The notes under the pieces: generated by a model
What the model was told of the DNA's origin: nothing
The model's input: the letters and a program-made list of their open reading frames with translations, nothing else
The model's database searches: none
Shown here: one piece after another, positions 54,580 to 64,000 of the stretch
Layout of the letters: the number at the start of each line of letters is the position of its first letter
Numbering within the stretch: position 1 is the stretch's first letter
Position numbers and translations under genes: made by a program
Source: Verrucomicrobiota bacterium
Lineage (GTDB): Bacteria > Verrucomicrobiota > Verrucomicrobiia > Limisphaerales > UBA11358
Direction: 5' to 3'
DNA: 64,000 nt
Assembly (NCBI GenBank): GCA_050015635.1
Contig: JBEKBA010000001.1
Coordinates: 18,676-82,675 of the forward strand

Positions 54580-55323
54580 TCAAACAAATAATACACCGAT
54601 GCCCGCCCAACCCTGGTCCGGGTTTTGAATGAATTCCTGATGGCGATATTTTCCCCGCACTTCCGTCCAAAAAACATCTACCTGGCAATCCTTTACAGAA
54701 GCGTGTTTGCAGATATCATGAAACACCACCAAGCCGCCTTTGGCGACGAAGGGTAGATAATTTTCAAAGTCCGTCTTGACGCCTTTGTAGGTGTGATCTC
54801 CGTCAATAAAAAGACAGTCAATTTTCCCGCCCGCCAGGATGTCTTTCAGTTGTTGAATCGTCTTTGGATCAATGGAACTGGCGCGAATCAGGTCGAGTTT
54901 CTGAGACCCGCTGACAAAACGGCGATAAAGCAATGTCTTCCAGGGCGGATAACCCCCGCCATGAATCCCGCGTGGCAAATCAATACTGATAATCGTTCCT
55001 TTCGGGTCGGTTACCCGGCACATCATGAAGAGTGTTCCGCCGTTGGCCGTGCCGATTTCCACCACCGTCCGGGGCTTTTGTTTCCGCAGCAGTTTCAAAA
55101 CATTTGCAATTTCACCACGAATTTGACTCGGCCCAAGAAGGTCGTGGTTTTTGACGAAGCAAAAATCAAGGAGCTCTTCCAACGACGCGCCTGCCGGTTT
55201 GCGTCGGCACAGAAAAACCATTCCCCAAAACCAATCCCGGAAGTAAACCCGCAACTTGTGAATCAGCGGGCCAATCCCCTCGCGCCGGAGTGTTTTGGCG
55301 GCGGTGGCAATTTCATAAATCAT
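54580..55323 (-). CDS. class I SAM-dependent methyltransferase (CmcI/Methyltransf_24-like)
   Basis: ORF 54580..55323, with VVEIGTANGGTLFMM and LFIDGDHTYKGVKTDFENYLPFVAKGGLVVFHDI. Confidence 0.8.
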   Translation of the reverse strand: MIYEIATAAKTLRREGIGPLIHKLRVYFRDWFWGMVFLCRRKPAGASLEELLDFCFVKNHDLLGPSQIRGEIANVLKLLRKQKPRTVVEIGTANGGTLFMMCRVTDPKGTIISIDLPRGIHGGGYPPWKTLLYRRFVSGSQKLDLIRASSIDPKTIQQLKDILAGGKIDCLFIDGDHTYKGVKTDFENYLPFVAKGGLVVFHDICKHASVKDCQVDVFWTEVRGKYRHQEFIQNPDQGWAGIGVLFV

Positions 55324-55473
55324 ACAATAAAATATCCCCGGACGCTTGCGAACCGTCGATATCTCGCACCAGCATTTTCATGTACTGCCGGGTTAAAGGG
55401 TTCAAGCTATTTTGTGTTTTGAATGATTGCCAGCGTAAAAGGATTTCGTCTTAAAAAGGTGGCTCAAAACCGG

Positions 55474-57084
55474 CTATCGATCGGCTGGTTGTTTCCAATG
55501 CAGTTCGACAATTACCGGCGCCCAGGAAACGCGTTGCAACATTTTTAGCAGCAGCGGGGAGCTTTCGGTCACCGGCCAATGCGCATGATTGATGACCTCA
55601 AGCCCTGCAAGTTCAGGTTTCATTTTCAATTCGGCCAGCACCGGCCCGGAAATGTTATAATCATACTGGGTCAGGATCAGTTTGGCCGGTTTCAAGGCAA
55701 TCAATGTGTCTGACGAGGATCCCCCCTTTCCACTCTCTTGTTTCATTAACCAATCCCTATGGAAAATTTCAATATCCCGATGCTGCGCCGCTTCATAAAG
55801 AAATTCCCCGGACACGACCAGTTTGGCGGCGGGCGGGGTTTTGTCCAGTTCCGAACGAACAACTTGAATTGCTTGAAAATAATTCATGTCCGTGAGGGAA
55901 TGCGCCACCCCAAAAGTGGTGATGCCAACGGCACGAATTGAGATCACGCCGACCATGGCCAGCAGCAGCCACCGCATCATGTGAGGGTTTGCAGAAAAAT
56001 GACGCCTGAAAGATGTGATAGCGCATGCCACAATCAAAGGCTGAACATAAACCGCGATTGTCAAGGCAAGGTAGGCCGACAAGACCACGAGTGCTGCACC
56101 GAGCACGGCCAGCATGGATAATAATCCACCAGCCAGGATTATCTCATCCAGCTTGCAATCAAAAACAGGACGTTTAAATTTCACCACGAAGATAGCAGTC
56201 GCAAATGTCACCCAAATTGCCGGTGTGGCTGTAAAAACAATCAACAATTCATTCCATTTGGGAATGCGTAAGCCGGTCAATGCCGGGGTTCCAGCCACAT
56301 GTTCAGTAAAACCGGCCCACAGGGGCGGAAACCCGTATTTTACCAGAGCAACGAGCGTGAACGGAGCGAGCGACATAGCCATCAATGGGCCAATCGGGAA
56401 TTTTCCGCGCCAGGCCAGCCACGACCCGATGGTCGCCAGCCACAACCATCCAAAATAAGCGCCTCCGATTTGCAAGCTCGTGCACATGGTCAGAACCACG
56501 AGCAATGCCATCAGCCAGAGCCACGCACTACCGGTGAATTTTGAAATTTTTCCTTTTTCGCAAACATAGGCGCGCACGCAGCAATATACCGCCAGCATTC
56601 CTAGGACATGGGCAAGACTGTCGGGTCGGTCGGTGTAAGAACTGATGGCCAGAAGAAATAATCCCGCCAGATTTATGGAGCAGGCGGGAATTTGGAGCAA
56701 TTTTAAAACCCGCCAGAGAGCCAGTTCATAACAGCCAAACAAAACCAGATGCAATGTCATCGCCGACAGCGCACTCGTGCCAAAGCAACTCATCCATACC
56801 AGTAGCGGTATCTGATACAGAGGTGGATAGGCGCAAAAGACTTTCGTTCCGGAAATCGGCAGGAACAAGGCTATCGAAGGATTAAAATATCCTCCATAAA
56901 GAAGATGATGAACTATTGCGCCGTCAAAAAAAAAGGAATCGCCCGTTGGCATCGGTTGCTGGGCGAAAAGCAGTAAGCCCAGCCGCCACAAAAAAACCAT
57001 CACGAAAGTGGAGCCGGAAAAGCAGAACCATTTTTGAAAACAGCCTGCTGCCGAAATGTTACCGGTGGAATTCGCGACGATCAT
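55474..57084 (-). CDS. polytopic membrane protein, possible GT-C-type glycosyltransferase or polymerase
   Basis: This is the ATG 57084 sub-ORF of 55474..57282. The ATG overlaps the upstream GT2 stop (ATGA). It has at least 12 hydrophobic segments and a C-terminal soluble tail. Function is inferred from context only. Confidence 0.55.
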   Translation of the reverse strand: MIVANSTGNISAAGCFQKWFCFSGSTFVMVFLWRLGLLLFAQQPMPTGDSFFFDGAIVHHLLYGGYFNPSIALFLPISGTKVFCAYPPLYQIPLLVWMSCFGTSALSAMTLHLVLFGCYELALWRVLKLLQIPACSINLAGLFLLAISSYTDRPDSLAHVLGMLAVYCCVRAYVCEKGKISKFTGSAWLWLMALLVVLTMCTSLQIGGAYFGWLWLATIGSWLAWRGKFPIGPLMAMSLAPFTLVALVKYGFPPLWAGFTEHVAGTPALTGLRIPKWNELLIVFTATPAIWVTFATAIFVVKFKRPVFDCKLDEIILAGGLLSMLAVLGAALVVLSAYLALTIAVYVQPLIVACAITSFRRHFSANPHMMRWLLLAMVGVISIRAVGITTFGVAHSLTDMNYFQAIQVVRSELDKTPPAAKLVVSGEFLYEAAQHRDIEIFHRDWLMKQESGKGGSSSDTLIALKPAKLILTQYDYNISGPVLAELKMKPELAGLEVINHAHWPVTESSPLLLKMLQRVSWAPVIVELHWKQPADR

Positions 57085-57905
57085 TCGGTCGATTTGCCGG
57101 GTAGCTGGACGGAAGCTCGAAACTGTTTCCCATGTTTGTTTTTTTGATAATCGCCGCGGCTGAAATATTTTTCCAGCCAGACATAGAGGCAGATAAAAAG
57201 ATACCGGCTTCCCATTTCCTTGATTTTGAGCTTGGGTATGCCGGTGCGGCGATTGCGCCAAGTGATGGGCATCGTTGTCCACGAAAATCCGCGCACGATG
57301 GCCTTGAGCGGCAATTCCACCGTGAGATTGAAATGCGGCGAAATCAAAGGCTGGCAGCCGTCAATCGTCTCGCGCCGGTAAGCCTTGAACGCATTTGTGG
57401 TGTCGTTGAGCTTGATCCCGAACAGGAGCCGGATGAACAAATTGGCCAGCCGGTTCAGCATTAACTTGAAGCGCGGATAATCAATCACCCCGCCACCGGA
57501 AATGAACCGGCTGCCGAACACGCAATCGTAACCTTCGCCCAACAGCTTCCAATATCTGACGACATCGCGCGCATCATCCGATTCGTCCGCCATCATGATG
57601 ACCACCGCGTCTCCGCTGGAATGATTCAGGCCGCAGACCACTGCCCGGCCAAAACCGTGGGGCGGCGGATTCCGGCATGGATTCGAAGCGGGGATCGTCT
57701 CTTTCAACCGCGTCAAAATGTTCCAGGTTGCATCCGTGCTGCCGTCGTCCACCACCACGATTTCATGCGGCACATTTTGCAAGCGCAACTCAAGGTGCAG
57801 GTGTTCGACCGTCGAAGCGATACAGCCTTCTTCATCGCGCGCGGGAATCACTACCGAAAGAAGTTTCAAAGGCCGGCTCTGTGGATTTGGAGGTGAGCTT
57901 TCCAT
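57081..57905 (-). CDS. glycosyltransferase family 2 (dolichyl/polyprenyl-phosphate sugar synthase-like)
   Basis: ORF 57081..57905, with LSVVIPARDEEGCI, VVVDDGSTD, the DxD-like MADESDD, and a C-terminal TM helix. Confidence 0.88.
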   Translation of the reverse strand: MESSPPNPQSRPLKLLSVVIPARDEEGCIASTVEHLHLELRLQNVPHEIVVVDDGSTDATWNILTRLKETIPASNPCRNPPPHGFGRAVVCGLNHSSGDAVVIMMADESDDARDVVRYWKLLGEGYDCVFGSRFISGGGVIDYPRFKLMLNRLANLFIRLLFGIKLNDTTNAFKAYRRETIDGCQPLISPHFNLTVELPLKAIVRGFSWTTMPITWRNRRTGIPKLKIKEMGSRYLFICLYVWLEKYFSRGDYQKNKHGKQFRASVQLPGKSTE

Positions 57906-58357
57906 TCAATATTAACCCGTAATTTTGGCTATCCTAATGGTCACGCCTCCAATTGGCAATCTTCGCAGCGCACATTTAAGCGCGACCAAAGCGGCTTACC
58001 CGTTCTCCGAGCCGCCGGTGGCTAATTCTCCGACCGACAACCCCGCTTCCGTCACGAGGTGCTGGCGCATGAGGATAACTTATCCCAGACGGAATGGGTG
58101 GTGGCGTGACATTTCAAACAATCAGATGGCCGGCCATCAAAAGTTGCTGACCTTGGGGGGAAGCTCAAACTCCATCTCAAGGCGGGCTGACATGATGGCT
58201 GGCAAAATTTTTCTTCCATGCCGCGCCTGAAGCCGGACCGTCGATAGTTTCAATGGTCACTTTGTTTCGATTTGAAAATCCAGTTAATGCCGGCGAGAAA
58301 TTTGGTATTGTTTTAATATTTCGGCAATTTGCGACGTTGCCCTTTGGAGACAAGCGC

Positions 58358-59221
58358 TCAATTCGCAAATTTACCGGCTTTCAAAGCTTCCGCCCGCGCG
58401 CCAAATATTTGCTGCCACTCCACGCCCGGTGCAAGGCCGCCGCTTTCCATGTGCGTGATGAGCGCGGGGGTCGGAGACCAAAGCGTCCGTCGCTTCCCAA
58501 AAAGGATTTGCCGCCATGCATAGCGCCACGCCAGCGCGTGCGACGCGGAAAAATATAATCCATCGCCGAGACTTCTGATCCACGACCACGGATTGCAAAC
58601 GCGGCTTTTTGTCAGTGCCATCCAAATCGCGAGGTCTGAATTCTTATTGTAGGTTTTGAAAACCGCCACTGATTCCGCCAGCGCTTCGCGTTGCGCCATG
58701 AAAGTGAGGCAAGTGGACGCGACAGTTCGCCAACGGCAATTGTCTTCAAGTATTTCTGCGCCGCGAAATTGGTGGATAAATTTAAAATGAAAATCCGCGT
58801 GATCGTAAGGCGTTGCAAAATCGGCTTCAGGATGGCGGCGCATAAAATTCACCGTGCGTTCGAGTGAGCGTGGCAGATACAAATAATCGTCTTCGGCGAA
58901 GCAAACCAGATCGGCATCGGTCTGCGCGCTCAAAATATCCACTTGCCGGATAAATGTCGGTCCGTTGCCTTCGCCGCCGAGCGGAATTAATTCCATCAGC
59001 GTTTCAGGGAAAATTGTCCTGAGCAATTGCGTATAGGCCGGCGGACAATTATCCAGCAAAACCCACATTTTGATTTTCAAACCGCCAAGCGATTCTTTGA
59101 ATGTTTCCAGATTCAATCGCGTAAGTGCCAGCTTGTCTTTAAAACCAAAAATCGGGTCGCGTGACACGCCTGGATAAATCCGGTAGCAAACGGCCAAATC
59201 AAATTTGTTTGAATTTATCAT
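58358..59221 (-). CDS. hypothetical protein, possible GT-A-fold glycosyltransferase
   Basis: This is the ATG 59221 sub-ORF of 58358..59497. It begins 8 nt after the upstream stop and has the DxD-like FAEDDYLY. The assignment is tentative. Confidence 0.5.
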   Translation of the reverse strand: MINSNKFDLAVCYRIYPGVSRDPIFGFKDKLALTRLNLETFKESLGGLKIKMWVLLDNCPPAYTQLLRTIFPETLMELIPLGGEGNGPTFIRQVDILSAQTDADLVCFAEDDYLYLPRSLERTVNFMRRHPEADFATPYDHADFHFKFIHQFRGAEILEDNCRWRTVASTCLTFMAQREALAESVAVFKTYNKNSDLAIWMALTKSRVCNPWSWIRSLGDGLYFSASHALAWRYAWRQILFGKRRTLWSPTPALITHMESGGLAPGVEWQQIFGARAEALKAGKFAN

Positions 59222-59228
59222 GGTCAAC

Positions 59229-60305
59229 TTATTTCGCATCAACGCGCGGCAAACCGAATTTAAGCGCGCGTTTGATTTCATCCCAGCGGTTGAATCGCAG
59301 TTTGAAAAAGCGCAGCATCCACAAGTCGGAATGTTTGCGGAACGAAGCAACTTTTTTTCGCTGCCGCGAAACGTGTTCGTGCAATCGCCAGCAGTCGCGC
59401 AGCACACCCCAAAAACTTGCGCGCGCAAACGACCAGCGCCGCAACAGCAAAGCGCCGACAATTGATTCCACGAACAACAGCGCGATGAGTGGAACAATCG
59501 GCAGCAGCAAAATGTGCTGGCCGTTTTTCAGCAAAGTCAAAATGCAATTCCGGTTCGTCAAAAATCGTTTCCGGTCGTTCGTCCGAAATTCAACTGTTGT
59601 GACTCCGCCGGATGGATTCACGCCCGCCGCGCCGCGATGGTGAAGTTTCGCTTCAAAAATTCCAGCGACTTTGTAGCCGGCGAGCCAAACGTGCCACGAC
59701 AAATCGGCGTCGTCGGAGTAAATGAAATATTCCGCGTCGAACATGCCGAGTTGGTTGAAAACGTCGGTGCGAATCAAATAAGAGCAGCCGCCGGCGATAA
59801 AGATTTCGCGTGTTTCAGTCGCAATTGCCGACGGACTCGGCAAACCAAAAAAATCAAAGCCGTAAAATCCAAAATCCTGATATGAATTGTCCGGGTAATT
59901 CAAAACGAGCGGCGTGGACGCGGCTGCGCCAAGTTTTTCTGTCCCGGCAATCAATTTTTCCATGCAATCTTTTTCGAGCCAGGTGTCATTGTTCAGAAAA
60001 AAAAGCCAGCAGCCTTTGGCGACTCGCGCGCCGGAATTATTGCCTTCACAGAAGCCAAGATTCTCGGAATTTTTCACAATTAAAGCCGACGGAAAATCGG
60101 CCAGCAATTTTTGCGCGACAGCAACCGAATCGTCCGTGGAATTATTGTCCACCACGATCGTTTCGATTTGGTTGAAAATCGTTTGCGCTTTGATTGACTC
60201 GAAGCATTTCGGCAGCCAGTTCGCGCCGTTGCAATTCAGCACGACGATGCTGACGAGCGGCTGGCCACCAACGTTTCCGAATCGTTCGACTTGTGCATCC
60301 TTCAT
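59229..60305 (-). CDS. glycosyltransferase family 2
   Basis: This is the ATG 60305 sub-ORF of 59229..60410, with an ATGA overlap to the upstream stop. It has VSIVVLNCNGANWL, IVVDNNSTDDS and YSDDADL. Confidence 0.88.
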   Translation of the reverse strand: MKDAQVERFGNVGGQPLVSIVVLNCNGANWLPKCFESIKAQTIFNQIETIVVDNNSTDDSVAVAQKLLADFPSALIVKNSENLGFCEGNNSGARVAKGCWLFFLNNDTWLEKDCMEKLIAGTEKLGAAASTPLVLNYPDNSYQDFGFYGFDFFGLPSPSAIATETREIFIAGGCSYLIRTDVFNQLGMFDAEYFIYSDDADLSWHVWLAGYKVAGIFEAKLHHRGAAGVNPSGGVTTVEFRTNDRKRFLTNRNCILTLLKNGQHILLLPIVPLIALLFVESIVGALLLRRWSFARASFWGVLRDCWRLHEHVSRQRKKVASFRKHSDLWMLRFFKLRFNRWDEIKRALKFGLPRVDAK

Positions 60306-61312
60306 TTCAAGGTCTGTTTCGGTTTCAAATTCGACACGAGCTTTTTGTCGTGCCGCCGCATTTTGTAAGTCCAAACGCCCCAGGTGTTGCCGAAAACGCT
60401 GCCGAGGCACGCCGGCAAATGCCAGAGCCAGAGCGCGTCACCATCGCGAAAAATTCCGCGCAACGTGTGAAAAATCGGACCGACGAAAGTGACGCAATAA
60501 ACCACCGCCAGCCGGAGCGGCACGGGCGGTTTTTCCTTCATCCAATTCGATTTTGCTTCTTCTTGCACGCGCAGAAAATGGACTGTGGCACGGCGGCGCT
60601 TTTGGACGAAACCCCAAAGCGTCTGGACGTAATAATGATGCACGCCACGCCCGTAAATCCGCAGCCATTCACGCTTTCCATTTTTCATCAAAAACAAGGC
60701 GACGTGCGTGTCTTGAAAATTTTGGTTGGCTTGAACCGATTCCAAATCGGTGCGGCGAAAAACAAATCCGTTCGCTCCGAGTGGATACGAAAGTGAATTT
60801 TGCGGAAGCGTCCAACGTTCAATTTCGCCATCGCGCGCGACAAGTCTTGGATTTGTACTCATCAGCCAGCAAACCGGGTCGCTGATATGCAGCCGATGCG
60901 TGAGATAGGCGCAGAATGAACTCATTTTTGGCGACGGCGGATAATAACTCTCCACGCCGAGCCCCTGCGGATTTGCGGCGAGCGCTTTGACGGCCAACTC
61001 GATGTAATCGGCGTGAGTGAATTCATTGTCCGCATCCACGAAGACGATGAATTCACCGGTCGCGTGCCGGAGTGCGAGGCGTTTGCCTTCCTCCATGTTT
61101 TTGCCGTCATCGTCGAGGACAATCGCGCCAAATTTATTTGCGATTTCGCGTGTGCGGTCGGTGGAGTGCGCGTCGGCAAGGATGATTTCATAACGGTTGC
61201 GCGGATAAGTTTGCCGCGCGATGGACGCGAGGCAATTTTCCAAAATGGCTTCGGTGTTGAGCGTCGGCATGATGAAGCTGACGCGCGGCAGATTTTCAGG
61301 ACTAGACGGCAC
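60302..61312 (-). CDS. glycosyltransferase family 2
   Basis: ORF 60302..61312, with VSFIMPTLNTEAIL, ILADAHSTDRT, VFVDADNE and C-terminal TM helices. Confidence 0.88.
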   Translation of the reverse strand: MPSSPENLPRVSFIMPTLNTEAILENCLASIARQTYPRNRYEIILADAHSTDRTREIANKFGAIVLDDDGKNMEEGKRLALRHATGEFIVFVDADNEFTHADYIELAVKALAANPQGLGVESYYPPSPKMSSFCAYLTHRLHISDPVCWLMSTNPRLVARDGEIERWTLPQNSLSYPLGANGFVFRRTDLESVQANQNFQDTHVALFLMKNGKREWLRIYGRGVHHYYVQTLWGFVQKRRRATVHFLRVQEEAKSNWMKEKPPVPLRLAVVYCVTFVGPIFHTLRGIFRDGDALWLWHLPACLGSVFGNTWGVWTYKMRRHDKKLVSNLKPKQTLK

Positions 61313-61348
61313 GGCACGATTGTAGCTGACGGCGGAGATAAATTCAAA

Positions 61349-62608
61349 TCAGCTTTGCGTGGCCGGTTTGTGCAGGCGCAACGCGATGAGCCAGATGAAA
61401 AATAAAACTGCAAACGCGATTCCGGAGGTAATGGGCATGGTTTGCAGCAGCGCGGCGGGAGTTTTTCCGACCGCAAGCAATATGAGCCAGTAGCCGAGTC
61501 CAAGCACGCCGTAAAACAGCGAGATTTTCGGCCAGCGGCTGGCGAGCGACCAGGTTCCGAGTGCCTGAAGCAAGCCGACGAAGATCATCGTCACGGCCAG
61601 TTGTCCGATCATCGCGGCGGCTTCCGGCGTGTCTCTGCCGATGAGTTTCAGGCAGAATGTCCGCAGCACGAACAGTCCCGTTGCACCGCAGACCAAGCCT
61701 GCAGCGTAAAGACCAAGCAATTTCAACTGTGCCTGCAACGCATTGCCGTGGTGATGATGACGGCTGGAGCGGTGCGTGAACAAAACGATCAGCAATGGAC
61801 TGACTGTTATCGGTAGTGCCACCGCGAGCCGTTCGGCGGCGGCATAAGCGTCGCCATCACCGCCGGAGAAATAACGTTGCATGACCAGTAAATCGCCTTG
61901 CAAAAAACAATAATTGCCGATGACGCACGCCGTGCTGACGATCAAATAAAAAACAAATTCTCGGTTCCAGGGCGAGACGGCTTCGCCGCGCAGGAATAAA
62001 TCTTTTTTCCAAAACAGGAGGATGAGATTTGCCAGCAACGCAACGGTCGAGGCCAGCACGGCTGTTTCGGGCGACGGCCATTTCAGCGTGACGAGCCAGC
62101 CGAATGAAACGCGCAGCAGCATCGCCAGAAATCCGATGAGCGCGAGCCGCTTGAACCACGAAAGTCCCTGGCACAACGCCGTGGCCAGCGCAGCCCACAG
62201 CCCAAGCAGGGTGCAGGTGAGCGTGACCAGCATCAGGCTTTCGTTGTAATTAAAAAAATGGCTTAACGGTTTGACGGCGATTATTGCCAGCGCCGAGCCG
62301 AGGATGGTAAGATGAAATAAAAATTTGCGGCAGCCTACCAGCAACCCCTGCAATCGCGCACTGTCGCCGATGGCGTTGAAATGGGCGATGTAGTGCGTGA
62401 CCGCGAACGTGGCGACCGCCGGCGGCAGGCCGAGCAGTGGCATAAAACCGTTCAACGCGCTGTTGGCGCTGCCGTATTGCCCCTGCCCTTTCAGATGATG
62501 ACCCAAGACGCTTTGAAAAGCCAGATTGCCCAGTCCCGTGAAAAAACTGACCGCTGAAAAAATCACGCCGCTTTGCAGAAGCCCGTCGGCGCGTGAATTT
62601 TTTTTCAT
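61349..62608 (-). CDS. polysaccharide flippase (Wzx/MOP-superfamily-like membrane protein)
   Basis: This is the ATG 62608 sub-ORF of 61349..62647, with an ATGA overlap to the upstream stop. It has about 12 TM segments and sits in the glycan operon. Confidence 0.65.
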   Translation of the reverse strand: MKKNSRADGLLQSGVIFSAVSFFTGLGNLAFQSVLGHHLKGQGQYGSANSALNGFMPLLGLPPAVATFAVTHYIAHFNAIGDSARLQGLLVGCRKFLFHLTILGSALAIIAVKPLSHFFNYNESLMLVTLTCTLLGLWAALATALCQGLSWFKRLALIGFLAMLLRVSFGWLVTLKWPSPETAVLASTVALLANLILLFWKKDLFLRGEAVSPWNREFVFYLIVSTACVIGNYCFLQGDLLVMQRYFSGGDGDAYAAAERLAVALPITVSPLLIVLFTHRSSRHHHHGNALQAQLKLLGLYAAGLVCGATGLFVLRTFCLKLIGRDTPEAAAMIGQLAVTMIFVGLLQALGTWSLASRWPKISLFYGVLGLGYWLILLAVGKTPAALLQTMPITSGIAFAVLFFIWLIALRLHKPATQS

Positions 62609-63669
62609 ACGATTGATCTCAATTCCTTTTCGTGGGCGCAAACCCATTCAAAAACATCGGCCACGATTTTTTCAACCCCGCATTTCGGCCGCCAGTTTGT
62701 CTTCGAAGACAGTCTGGAACAGTCGGCGATAAAAATCCGCAAATCCGCCTGGCGATTTTCCGGTTCTGGGACAATCGGGATCTCGTGCCCTGTTATTTTT
62801 TTGCAATGCGCGGTGAGTTCTAAAAGCGAAGAGGAAATTTCAAATCCGCCGCCGACGTTGCCGAGCCAGCCTTCCCAATTTTCAAAATGGGAAATCTGTT
62901 CCGCAATCAAATCGCAAAGGTCGACGACGTGCAGCATGTCGCGGACTTGTTTGCCCGTGCCGCCGTAGCCGATGTATTTGAGCGGCTTGCCGAAATAATG
63001 CCGGAAAACCCACAGCGCGACGATGCCTTGATCCACCTTGCCCATCTGCCACGGGCCGGCGATGACGCTGCAACGGTTCGTCACGGCGCGCAGGCCGAAA
63101 CCGCTGCGATATTCCTCGATCAAACTTTCACTTGCGAATTTTGTCCAGCCATAGAGCGAACGCGCGACGTTCATCGGACAATTTTCGCTGACGCCGCGCG
63201 AGGAAATCGCCGCGCCGGGAACGTCGTTCCACGCGAAGCGTGTCGGCTGTTCCGTCCACGGATGTTTTTCCAAAATGGAAATCGGATAAACGCGGCTGGT
63301 GGAAAGAAAAATGGTTTTGCTTTTCCACAAGCGCGCCTGTTCGAGGCAGCGATAGGTGCCCATCAGATTCGTTTCCATCAAATAATCCGGCGATTCGCCG
63401 TAACCGGCCAGCACGGACGGTTCGGCGGAACATTCGATGATGAATTCAAACGGGCCGGCGGGAAATTCGTTCGCGCGGCGGATGTCGCCTTTGACAAATT
63501 CAATTCCTGCTGCTTGCAATCGCGGTAAATTCAGTTCCGAGCCGCGTCGATATAAGTTATCCATGCACACGACGCGCGTGTGCGGAATACTTTTTTTTAG
63601 GTGAAACGCGAGGCTGCTGCCGACGAAGCCTGCGCCGCCGGTGATCAAAATGCTTTCGGGTGAATTCAT
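62605..63669 (-). CDS. NAD-dependent epimerase/dehydratase (CDP-paratose 2-epimerase-like)
   Basis: ORF 62605..63669, with ILITGGAGFVGSSLA and YGWTKFA (YxxxK). Confidence 0.85.
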   Translation of the reverse strand: MNSPESILITGGAGFVGSSLAFHLKKSIPHTRVVCMDNLYRRGSELNLPRLQAAGIEFVKGDIRRANEFPAGPFEFIIECSAEPSVLAGYGESPDYLMETNLMGTYRCLEQARLWKSKTIFLSTSRVYPISILEKHPWTEQPTRFAWNDVPGAAISSRGVSENCPMNVARSLYGWTKFASESLIEEYRSGFGLRAVTNRCSVIAGPWQMGKVDQGIVALWVFRHYFGKPLKYIGYGGTGKQVRDMLHVVDLCDLIAEQISHFENWEGWLGNVGGGFEISSSLLELTAHCKKITGHEIPIVPEPENRQADLRIFIADCSRLSSKTNWRPKCGVEKIVADVFEWVCAHEKELRSIV

Positions 63670-63670
63670 A

Positions 63671-64000
63671 TCAGGCGATGCAGGTGGCGTGGATTTCGGT
63701 GAGAATTTCCTTCAGGCCGTAGCGGAATTTCCAGTTGGGATAATGAGCCTGGAATTTTTGCACGTCACTGACCCACCAGATGTGGTCGCCGATGCGGTTG
63801 TCTTCGACGTAAGTCCATTTCAGTTTTTTGCCGCTGATGCGTTCACACTCGTCAATCGCCTCGAGCATGGAGCAATTCGAGTGGCGGCTGCCGCCGATGT
63901 TATAGACTTCGCCGGAGCGCGGCTTCTGGAAAAACTGCCAGAACGCCTCGACCAAATCGTGGCTGTGGATGTTGTCGCGGACTTGTTTACCTTTGTAGCC
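63671..64000 (-). CDS. NAD-dependent epimerase/dehydratase, 3-prime part only (gene continues past the right window edge)
   Basis: ORF 63671..63955 is the tail (..[30 protein letters not shown]...). The frame stays open up to base 64000. It resembles the C-terminal part of the adjacent epimerase family. Confidence 0.75.
   Translation of the reverse strand, partial: GYKGKQVRDNIHSHDLVEAFWQFFQKPRSGEVYNIGGSRHSNCSMLEAIDECERISGKKLKWTYVEDNRIGDHIWWVSDVQKFQAHYPNWKFRYGLKEILTEIHATCIA

Noticed and set aside
58106-58120. A CLKCH (CxxCH haem-binding-like) motif in one minus-strand frame of the 452-bp operon gap.
   Set aside because: The frame is open for only about 50 codons, has no start or signal peptide, and shows no other cytochrome features. 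It is most likely a chance occurrence.

Overview
This is a gene-dense 64-kb chromosomal segment with about 70 protein genes and one tRNA. I saw no rRNA, CRISPR array, transposase or integrase.

Most of the content is housekeeping:
- recG, guaA, murA-prmC, and the fabD-fabG-acpP-fabF lipid operon
- pyrF, hisD and hisC, tig, bioD
- a complete Tol-Pal cluster followed by tatAC
- ispE, murJ, tyrS, ptsI, efp, nrdR, speA
- a glycan-biosynthesis operon of more than 10 kb on the minus strand (about 54.5 kb to the right edge)

The gene content includes BamD/LptE/TolC/Tol-Pal, a TMTC-like TPR mannosyltransferase, PEP-CTERM-type accessory genes, an exosortase-associated lipoprotein and zinc-ribbon proteins, and few Shine-Dalgarno sequences are visible. 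Together these suggest a PVC-group (Verrucomicrobiota-like) Gram-negative. That is inference only.

Things outside the core:
1. A roughly 3.5-kb AT-richer islet splits hisD from hisC. It begins with a 32-bp duplication of the hisD 3-prime end. It carries a truncated DUF2971-like gene, hicAB, and an unusual gene pair: a REC plus pseudo-REC protein with an unassigned C-terminal domain, followed by a J-domain protein.
2. A PLD/HKD-nuclease gene next to tRNA-Gln is broken at an A9 run.
3. A Dabb-family gene carries three frameshifts.
4. Tandem heptanucleotide arrays lie inside recG, prmC and a TMTC-like gene, and fill the murJ/tyrS divergent promoter region.
5. A -35/-10 geometry recurs with the start codon 6-7 nt after the -10 hexamer. 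This implies widespread leaderless mRNAs and helped refine start codons.
6. A strong terminator has no obvious gene upstream of it.
7. A small AT-rich ORF exactly fills the fabD-fabG gap.

All calls rest on reading the sequence and ORF translations by eye. No database search or computation was run, and compositional statements are qualitative.
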